DNA of 64,000 nucleotides, taken from positions 96,001 to 160,000 of the forward strand of contig CAWHDT010000007.1 in NCBI GenBank assembly GCA_963828195.1. Reading direction: 5' to 3'. The position numbers and the translations under genes were made by a program. Source of the stretch: Candidatus Bathyarchaeota archaeon. GTDB taxonomy: Archaea > Thermoproteota > Bathyarchaeia > Bathyarchaeales > Bathycorpusculaceae. Positions within the stretch are counted from its first letter, which is position 1; each line of letters starts with the position of its first letter. The notes under the pieces were generated by a model. The model saw nothing but the letters and a program-made list of their open reading frames with translations. It did no database searches and had not been told where the DNA came from. This document shows, one piece after another, positions 56,846-64,000 of the stretch.

Positions 56846-57787
56846 ATGGCACTTATGGAGAATTTGGATGTCATAATAATCGGCGCCGGTTCCGCGGGAT
56901 TAGCGGCTGGAATTTACGCTGTCAGAAGCGGACTTAAATCTTTAATTTTAGAGGAAAAACTGCCCGGCGGCACAATCGCCGATGCCTCAATAGTGGTGAA
57001 TTACCCTGGGTTTGCAGAGATCAGCGGCGGAGAACTTGCTGAAAAAATGACTGCTCACTGCAAAAAAGTCGGTGCAACCATCCACGACTTGGAGCCTGTA
57101 ACAGAGTTGGAGCTTATGGGTGAAAAGAAAATTGTGAAGACTTCACGGACGTCTTATGAAGCCGCAGCACTGATTTTTTCCACGGGTTCACACTACAAAG
57201 AAGTCGGCGTGAAGGGTGAAAAAGAATTCCGCGGCAGAGGGGTGAGTTACTGTGGAGTCTGTGATGGACCATTCTTCAGAGGAAAACACGTGCTCGTTAT
57301 CGGCGGCGGAAATTCAGCCTGCATCACTACGCTTTACCTTTCAGGTTTAGCTTATCAAGTTACCGTTATCCATAGGAAAAAAGCTTTCAGAGCAGAAGAA
57401 TCTTTAGTGACTGACATATCGGCAAAGAACAATGTTGCTGTGTTGTGGAATACCGAAGTCCAAGAAATCAAAGGCGACAAACAGGTCAAGGCAGTCACGT
57501 TAATTGATAACACAACGGGCAAAACAAGCGAGCTAGCAGTTGATGCGGTTTTCGTGCAAGTCGGCGAAGCACCAAACAGCCAACTGGCAAAAGCTGCAGG
57601 AGTAGAAACAGATGAGCATGGATACATCAAAGTTGACTTGGCTCAGCGTACAAATCTGACTGGTGTTTTCGCAGCTGGAGACGTGACTGACCAACCGATC
57701 AAGCAGGTTGGCACAGCGGTCGGTCAAGGCATCACCGCAGCTTTAGAAGCTTACAGTTACATTAAAAGACCTTATTACAAAAAATAA
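56846..57787 (+). CDS. trxB: Thioredoxin-disulfide reductase
   Basis: IIGAGSAG, GVSYCGVCDG, GGGNSA, FAAGD. Confidence 0.92.
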   Translation: MALMENLDVIIIGAGSAGLAAGIYAVRSGLKSLILEEKLPGGTIADASIVVNYPGFAEISGGELAEKMTAHCKKVGATIHDLEPVTELELMGEKKIVKTSRTSYEAAALIFSTGSHYKEVGVKGEKEFRGRGVSYCGVCDGPFFRGKHVLVIGGGNSACITTLYLSGLAYQVTVIHRKKAFRAEESLVTDISAKNNVAVLWNTEVQEIKGDKQVKAVTLIDNTTGKTSELAVDAVFVQVGEAPNSQLAKAAGVETDEHGYIKVDLAQRTNLTGVFAAGDVTDQPIKQVGTAVGQGITAALEAYSYIKRPYYKK

Positions 57788-57882
57788 AGAAAGACTTGCC
57801 TCTGCTTTTGCCTGCGCCACAGACTTTCTATTCAACTTTAGTTATCTTTATTTTTACCCTGATTTGCGTAAGGCGTCCCCGA

Positions 57883-58104
57883 TTATATTTTAAGGTGGTC
57901 ATGAAGAGTCTTCGCACTTACGTCTGTCCACTCGTGGCTACAGCTTTTGCACTTGTAGGTGACTCTAAAGTTTTCGATGCGCATGTTAACGGTGCTTCCT
58001 GCCCTGCCCCCTGGCACTTGGACCTCATAGGGATTTTCAAGTTGCTCACGCTTGACCTCCTTCGCCTGAAACAGCTGACCGCACGATGGGCATCTCCTAA
58101 ACAT
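57883..58104 (-). CDS. Small zinc-ribbon protein
   Basis: CPSCG...YKCKSCSHEW. Confidence 0.65.
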   Translation of the reverse strand: MFRRCPSCGQLFQAKEVKREQLENPYEVQVPGGRAGSTVNMRIENFRVTYKCKSCSHEWTDVSAKTLHDHLKI

Positions 58105-58289
58105 CTTCCAAACCCAGCCAGGTATTGGCGCTATCTTGTCTTTTAAGTTTTTTTACCCTTGCAATGTGGGTGGTGCATTAGACGATTTTATTGTCAAAAA
58201 TAGAGAGAAAGGATTATATGATTCTAAAGCCCTTTTCATGCTTTCAATTGGCTTTAGCCAGCATGCTTAAGCTAATTTAGCAGCGGTGT

Positions 58290-59537
58290 ATGAAAAGAGG
58301 TTTGAGAATGAGTGAAAAATGTCTCGCTGTAGTTGAAATAAACCAAGACTTATGTAGCCGATGTTGTGTTTGCCACTCCATTTGTCCTTATGACGCCATA
58401 AAACGTGACTCATCCGGAAAAGTTGAAATAAACAATCAGGAATGCCAAGTCTGCGGCATATGCTACAGCGCTTGCCCATCTTCAGCCATAAAAATGCAAT
58501 ATTACACTTACGATAACTTATCAAATTACGTCAAACAAGCTCTTGAAAAAACTAAAGGCAACGTGGATACCCTTGTTCTGATGTGCCGAGGAAACTCGCC
58601 TTCAACAGGAGAAGTCCAAGATATCCTTAAAGAGCAAGGATTAAAAGTTGACGATTACGTCGCGTTGCGGTTGCCATGTTCAGGCAGAGTTCCAACCGAC
58701 TTTGTTTTTGAAACCCTGAATTCAGGCATAAAAAACATTGTTTCCGTTCAATGTGAAGACCCATTCTGCCGCTACAAAGAAGGCACAAAAATCAACACAA
58801 GAAGACTCGTTTTAGCCAAAGATCTACTTAAACAACTGGGCTACGACAACAATGCGGTTAGAATAGTAAAGTTCTCACGCAAAGCAGTTTATGATGTTCA
58901 AGCATGCGTAGGCTGCGACAAATGCATCTTCATCTGCCCCTACAAAGCAATCGAATTCGAATCGTTCGCCACTCCAAAAATAAACGAGGAAAAATGTGTC
59001 GGATGCGGCGCATGCCAACTGGTTTGTCCTCACCAAGCGATCGAGGTTAAGGGCTTCGAGTTTGAAAGCGTCATAGACCGTTATGGAAACTCAGCTGAAC
59101 AATTGAAAGCCAAAAATCCTGGGCAACCTGCAGTTCTCGCATTCGTTTGTCAATGGTCAGAATTCACAGATCTAGACAACCCCAACAAAGCGTTTGAAGG
59201 CAAAAACGTGTTAGCTCTTGAAGTTCCATGCTTCAAATCGTTAGATCCAGTACATGTGATTAACGCGTTAAACTGCGGCTTCGACGGCGTTATGGCCGTA
59301 GTGTGCTCAGCGCAAGATTGCAAGCTTCAGGAAGGCAGAGCCACTGCAGAGCGCAACTTAGCCGTGTTATTTGACATATTAAGGAAGAACAATCTGCTTG
59401 ACCGATTCGAAATTTACGAGGAGTCGCCAAGGTGTGCTGACGAGTTCAATCAGAAACTGGATGTTTTCTACAAAAAGATTTCTGCGTTACCTAAACGTGA
59501 ATTAACCGTGGAGGCGAAAGCAAAACGTACAAAATAG
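58290..59537 (+). CDS. Fe-S protein: (2x[4Fe-4S] ferredoxin - MvhD/FlpD-like domain) repeated twice
   Basis: Four CxxCxxCxxxCP motifs; LRLPCSGRV...QCEDPFCRY; FVCQWS...VPCFKSL...VCSAQDC. Confidence 0.82.
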   Translation: MKRGLRMSEKCLAVVEINQDLCSRCCVCHSICPYDAIKRDSSGKVEINNQECQVCGICYSACPSSAIKMQYYTYDNLSNYVKQALEKTKGNVDTLVLMCRGNSPSTGEVQDILKEQGLKVDDYVALRLPCSGRVPTDFVFETLNSGIKNIVSVQCEDPFCRYKEGTKINTRRLVLAKDLLKQLGYDNNAVRIVKFSRKAVYDVQACVGCDKCIFICPYKAIEFESFATPKINEEKCVGCGACQLVCPHQAIEVKGFEFESVIDRYGNSAEQLKAKNPGQPAVLAFVCQWSEFTDLDNPNKAFEGKNVLALEVPCFKSLDPVHVINALNCGFDGVMAVVCSAQDCKLQEGRATAERNLAVLFDILRKNNLLDRFEIYEESPRCADEFNQKLDVFYKKISALPKRELTVEAKAKRTK

Positions 59538-60364
59538 TGACTAAAACAGAACTTGCACCGAAAATAAAAATGTTCGAAGTTGAAGCTCCAGATGTTGCGG
59601 TTAAATCGCAAGCTGGGCAATTCCTGATAGTTATAAACGGGAAAGAAGGCGAACGGGTACCTCTGACAATCGCTGGATACGACATCGCGAAAGGAACGGT
59701 TTCGTTTGCTTTCCATGAAGTCGGCAAAACCACTAAAACACTTGGTCTACTAAAGCAGGGCGAATGCATTGACAACGTTACGGGTCCACTCGGCAACCCA
59801 TCTGAAGTCAAAAATTTCGGTAAAGTCCTCTGCGTCGGCGGAAGCGTAATGATTGCGCCTTTGCTGTTGCAAGCTAAAGCCATGAAAGCCGCAGGCAACA
59901 ACGTAACAACAATTCTGGGTGCACGAACAAAAGAGTTCATAATGATGGAGGACGAAGCGAAACAGTACAGCGACAAAGTGTACATTGCAACCGACGATGG
60001 AACCGCCGGGTTCAAGGGCTTAGATTTCCTTAAAGACCTGCTTAAGAAAGAAAAGTTTGATCGCTGCGTAGTTATGGGTCCAGTGATCCTGATGAAGGAT
60101 GTCAGTGAACTAACCAAGCCCTATGGAATACCAACAATCGTCACTTTAACGCCTATAATGATTGACGGGATGGGTATGTGCGGAGTATGCCGGGTTACAG
60201 TTGGCGGCAAAATGCTGTTCGGCTGTGTTGATGGACCCGAATTTGATGGTCACCAAACCGATTTTGACCAGTTGATTTTGCGTCAACGCACAATGTTGCC
60301 TGAAGAAAGGTTAAGTTCAGAATTATGGGAAATGCGTGGAGGTTGTAAATGTGGCAGAAGTTAA
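59537..60364 (+). CDS. nfnA: NfnA/SudB-like small subunit of electron-bifurcating transhydrogenase
   Basis: GQFLI, GERVPLTI, GPLGNP, TDDGT, DGMGMCGVCRV, CVDGPEF. Confidence 0.88.
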   Translation: MTKTELAPKIKMFEVEAPDVAVKSQAGQFLIVINGKEGERVPLTIAGYDIAKGTVSFAFHEVGKTTKTLGLLKQGECIDNVTGPLGNPSEVKNFGKVLCVGGSVMIAPLLLQAKAMKAAGNNVTTILGARTKEFIMMEDEAKQYSDKVYIATDDGTAGFKGLDFLKDLLKKEKFDRCVVMGPVILMKDVSELTKPYGIPTIVTLTPIMIDGMGMCGVCRVTVGGKMLFGCVDGPEFDGHQTDFDQLILRQRTMLPEERLSSELWEMRGGCKCGRS

Positions 60365-61760
60365 GCCTAAACCAAAATTAAACAAGAAAGCCGTAGAGAT
60401 GGCTAAGCAAGAACCAAAAGTACGTGCTAAAAACTTCAGTGAAGTCGCTTTAGGCTACACCGAAGCTGAAACACAAGAAGAAGCAAGCCGATGCTTACAA
60501 TGCCCAAAGCCCCAATGCATGACCGGTTGCCCAGTTGAAGTTCCCATTCCAGGCTTCATAAAACTACTCAGAGAAAAGAAGTACGATGAAGCCATCGCGC
60601 TGATCAAAACGAAGAATGCTTTGCCCGCCGTTTGCGGAAGAGTTTGCCCACAAGAAGTACAATGCCAATCTAAATGTGTCGTCGGCAAGATGGGTGAGCC
60701 AATCAGCATTGGGCGACTGGAGCGCTTTCTTGCAGACTGGGAACGTACAAACGGCGCCAAGATGCCGCCGAGAGCTCCCTCTACAGGCAAGAAAGTGGCA
60801 ATTATCGGTGCTGGTCCAGCCGGATTGACTGCTGCAGCAGACCTTGTTAAGCTCGGTCACGAGGTTACAATGTTTGAAGCACTGCACGTCGGCGGCGGAG
60901 TACTCTCATATGGCATTCCTGAGTTCCGTTTACCTAAAGCTATAGTGCAAAACGAAGTGGGATACGTCCAAAAGTTGGGCGTTGATTTGCGTCTCGGAAA
61001 CTTGGTTGGCAGAATCCACACTATTCCAGAACTCATGAAAAACGGTTACGACGCAGTATTCATTGGTAGCGGCGCAGGCTTGCCACAGTTCACTGGTTGC
61101 TCAGGAGAGAACCTCGGCGGAATCTATTCAGCTAACGAGTTTCTGATCCGCGTTAACCTCATGAAAGCATTCCAGTTCCCAGACTACGATACTCCAATAC
61201 GCATAGGCAAAAAAGTGGTTGTTATCGGAGGCGGAAACGTCGCGATGGACTGCGCAAGAAGCAGCATGAGACTTGGCTCCGAAGTATGCTTGCTCTATAG
61301 GCGTTCACGCGCTGAGTTGCCCGCGAGACATGAAGAAATAGAGAACGCGGAAGAGGAAGGCTTAGTCTGCAAGTTTCTCGGTGCACCAGTCGAGTTTTAC
61401 GGTGACGAAAGCGGCTGGGTAAAAAGCATGAAATGCATCGCAATGGAACTCACAGAACCTGACGCGAAAGGACGACGCGGCGTAAAAGAGGTTCCAGGCT
61501 CAGAATTCACCATGGATGTTGACACAGTCATCGTTGCCATTGGTCAAACACCAAACCCCATCATACAGAGAACCACAGATGGATTACAAAGCGACCCCAG
61601 ACACGGAACAATATGCGTCAACGAAGTAGGCAAAACCAGCTTAGACGGAGTTTACGCAGGCGGAGACGTAGCAACAGGAGCAGCAACAGTCATCAGCGCA
61701 ATGGGCGCAGGCAAACGCGCAGCAAAAGCAATGCATGAATACCTCATGAACAAGAAATAA
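60336..61760 (+). CDS. nfnB: NfnB/SudA-like large subunit (GltD-like)
   Basis: EASRCLQC..P.C..GCP, CGRVCPQE, GAGPAG, YGIPEFRLP, GGGNVAMD, YAGGD. Confidence 0.9.
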   Translation: MEVVNVAEVKPKPKLNKKAVEMAKQEPKVRAKNFSEVALGYTEAETQEEASRCLQCPKPQCMTGCPVEVPIPGFIKLLREKKYDEAIALIKTKNALPAVCGRVCPQEVQCQSKCVVGKMGEPISIGRLERFLADWERTNGAKMPPRAPSTGKKVAIIGAGPAGLTAAADLVKLGHEVTMFEALHVGGGVLSYGIPEFRLPKAIVQNEVGYVQKLGVDLRLGNLVGRIHTIPELMKNGYDAVFIGSGAGLPQFTGCSGENLGGIYSANEFLIRVNLMKAFQFPDYDTPIRIGKKVVVIGGGNVAMDCARSSMRLGSEVCLLYRRSRAELPARHEEIENAEEEGLVCKFLGAPVEFYGDESGWVKSMKCIAMELTEPDAKGRRGVKEVPGSEFTMDVDTVIVAIGQTPNPIIQRTTDGLQSDPRHGTICVNEVGKTSLDGVYAGGDVATGAATVISAMGAGKRAAKAMHEYLMNKK

Positions 61761-61943
61761 CCCAGTAGTTTTAGTCTCTTTTGAGACTTTATTTTTCTTT
61801 TAAATGCATCTATTCTTTTGTTTTTAATCAGCAACCCACTTTTGACTTGAGTGAAATCCTCTTCAGGTTCCTTCAAATTGGCGTTGTTCGCCATAGAGTA
61901 ATATATCTTCGCGAGAATGAAAACTGCTGTTAGTGGTTGATGC

Positions 61944-62657
61944 ATGAGGAACATGGGTGGGTCAAGCAATTATCTCAAGAACCAAGTTAGAAAAAACTTG
62001 GCAAAAGCCATTCTCTGCGTTGCCCTATTCTTTCTAATTCTTTTCGCTCTGGGGTTAAGAGTTCTCTTCACGTTGAACTTGAGCGTTTTTGATGGTGTTG
62101 GACTTTTGGTTTCACTGGCGCCTTTAGCTGCGTTTTATTTTTACCTGCGGAAATACCGAATTTACAATGCCGGTTGGGCAGGCGAAAGACGGGTAGCTCG
62201 GCTTCTAAGCAGCAAGCTAAGCGATGATTATTTCCTAATAAACGACCTGTACCTGCACAGCGGAGGCGACATCGACCACATCGTTCTGGGTCCAAGCGGC
62301 ATCTTTGTTTTGGAGACAAAGAACTGGAGCGGCGACATTACCTGCAATGGTGATGACTGGCAAAGAGCGGGCAAGGGGAACTTTAAGGGTAGTCCAAGTC
62401 GGCAGGTCAAAAGAAATGCCGCCAAAATAAAAAATATAATCGATTCTTCGCCGACTTTCAGGTCCCAAGGTTTGTGGGTTGAAGGCATTGTGGTTTTTAC
62501 AAACAGCCATGCTACCTTCCACTTAAACAACCCTTCCGTTTTAGTCCTTAAACTTCCACAACTTCCCAGCCACATAACCGCGCACAAAAGCCCAAACAGC
62601 CTTTCCAGTCAGCAAATTGAAGCTGTTGGGAAAGAAATTATTAGTCAAAAAAGCTAA
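61944..62657 (+). CDS. Membrane-anchored NERD-domain (nuclease-related) protein
   Basis: Two TMs; GERRV, DIDHIVLGPSGIFVLETKNWSG, SPSRQ. Confidence 0.85.
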   Translation: MRNMGGSSNYLKNQVRKNLAKAILCVALFFLILFALGLRVLFTLNLSVFDGVGLLVSLAPLAAFYFYLRKYRIYNAGWAGERRVARLLSSKLSDDYFLINDLYLHSGGDIDHIVLGPSGIFVLETKNWSGDITCNGDDWQRAGKGNFKGSPSRQVKRNAAKIKNIIDSSPTFRSQGLWVEGIVVFTNSHATFHLNNPSVLVLKLPQLPSHITAHKSPNSLSSQQIEAVGKEIISQKS

Positions 62658-63364
62658 TGTTTTTGTTGGCTCATTTGTGGAGGCGTGATTTTGAGCCAGT
62701 CTTTTCTTTTTACGCACGCAAAAGAAGTCAAGCTGGTTACCAGCAAAGTGCCCATTGTGAGAAAGTTGGCGACGTTTACTTCTACATGTGCAATTGAAAA
62801 GGCCAAGATGGCGAGAAAAACATAGAGCGTAACAGCGCCCGTGATCAATTGTGCGACGTGGAAACCTTTCCTTACTCGGCAAGCCGCCGATTTTACCTTG
62901 TTTAATCCAGACTCGATTCTCTTTGAAACGTCTGGAAGGTCATCTAAGAATAGGGTTGCTCCAGTTAAAACGAAAAATCGTCCAGCGTTGATCGGTATGC
63001 TCCCGGTGTTCACAAGGAAAAGGGATACTACAGAAACTGAGGTAAATGCCATTACATATATCGTTGAGAACACTAAAACAAAAAAGCCGTAGACGTAGTG
63101 GTGAAAGAACAGTCGTCCCGTGTGCAATGCTCTTCCTATGGCTGCGCTGGGGAAAATATTGATGAGCGCCGCTATCCCCGCCACTAAAAAGAGGTCGCCG
63201 CTGGCCAGCCAGGGCGTGTAAGGCTTCCACCCTGGCCACGCGAAGAAGAAACCATATAGAATTCCAGTTACCGCTGTTAAGGTTATGAAGGAATTTAGGA
63301 TTAACGTTAAACTGAATGTTTTCTTTACATATGTGAATTTGGAACAACCCATTGTGTATCCCAA
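62654..63364 (-). CDS. Hypothetical multi-pass membrane protein
   Basis: About six TMs; HHYVYG, LFLDDLPD. Confidence 0.65.
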   Translation of the reverse strand: MGYTMGCSKFTYVKKTFSLTLILNSFITLTAVTGILYGFFFAWPGWKPYTPWLASGDLFLVAGIAALINIFPSAAIGRALHTGRLFFHHYVYGFFVLVFSTIYVMAFTSVSVVSLFLVNTGSIPINAGRFFVLTGATLFLDDLPDVSKRIESGLNKVKSAACRVRKGFHVAQLITGAVTLYVFLAILAFSIAHVEVNVANFLTMGTLLVTSLTSFACVKRKDWLKITPPQMSQQKH

Positions 63365-63640
63365 AACTGTCTTTTAAGCTGCCTTTTCTGTTTTTATTAC
63401 ATACTTATGATCTCACTCATTTAAAATTAACGTATGTTAAAGACAAAGACTATGTAGCAAGTTGCTTGCACGAGCCATAGTATCGCCCTATGTTGCTTAT
63501 ACTGAAGGTTGTTGTACTCATTTGCTGGAGCTTTGTCCTTTAGCTGTCTCAAAAAAGGTGTTATCGTAGGTGCGCGTTAGAGTCCTCTTGGCTAAAACTT
63601 ATAGGCGTTAATGTGACATTGGCTTGTTGAGGTTGATTGG

Positions 63641-64000
63641 TTGGGGAGCATTTGGCTTGGAGCCTTCGTAGGGTTTTTGGTCACAGTAGTGATTGCTTTT
63701 CTGTTTCCCGGAGTCGGCCACTTAGTCGGCGGGTTCCTCGGCGGCTTAGTCGCTGGACTCGTGGCTAGAGGCGTCGGCAAAGGTTTAATCGCGGGTTTCC
63801 TCGCAGGCATATTCGGCGGCATCATAATTGCCATACTTGCATTCTTAAAACTTGCGATCATCGGAGGAATTCACGGAGGGATTTCAGGCGCGCTGTTCGG
63901 TGGCTTACATGGCTTGGCAATCGGTGTAGTTGCGATTATTCTGGCGGTTTTTGCAGGTATAGTTGCGGCTGTCGGCGGCTTAATCGGCGGAGCAATAACA
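63641..64000 (+). CDS. Gly-rich membrane protein (DUF5518-like), runs off the right edge
   Basis: Manual translation MGSIWLGAFVGFLVTVVIAFLFPGVGHLVGGFLGGLVAG...; SD gaggttga upstream. Confidence 0.65.
   Translation, partial: MGSIWLGAFVGFLVTVVIAFLFPGVGHLVGGFLGGLVAGLVARGVGKGLIAGFLAGIFGGIIIAILAFLKLAIIGGIHGGISGALFGGLHGLAIGVVAIILAVFAGIVAAVGGLIGGAIT

Noticed and set aside
60336-61760. Glutamate synthase small subunit
   Set aside because: Paired with a SudB/NfnA gene and no gltB is present, so NfnB/SudA is more likely.

Overview
Archaeal chromosomal segment. Gene content (PAS histidine kinase, TrmB, PEF-CTERM-type tails, form III RuBisCO) resembles Bathyarchaeia, but the taxon is an inference. From left to right: (1) a membrane HAMP/PAS histidine kinase preceded by three orphan ABC-type substrate-binding proteins; (2) a type IV pilus locus with three paralogous major pilins; (3) a LysR-DsrE-TusA-double-cubane reductase-SelD selenium module abutting ModE/ModABC, two MobB, MobA, an atypical MoeA and an FdhD lacking its Cys loop; (4) a G1 glutamic peptidase and a GT-C/PMT/GT2 protein O-mannosylation-like operon; (5) the AMP/pentose-bisphosphate pathway (R15P isomerase, RuBisCO, AMP phosphorylase), split by about 11.7 kb that includes an approximately 8.7 kb integrated element with an iteron-like origin, RHH/AbrB regulators, a leader-peptide/RNA-structure cassette and a divergent tyrosine recombinase; (6) a rubredoxin-TPP enzyme, TrxB, and a ferredoxin/MvhD-repeat protein heading NfnAB. 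The best candidates for undescribed systems are the SelD-double-cubane-Mo/W cofactor cluster and the integrated element. No rRNA, tRNA or CRISPR array was recognised. All calls come from motif recognition by eye; no searches were run.
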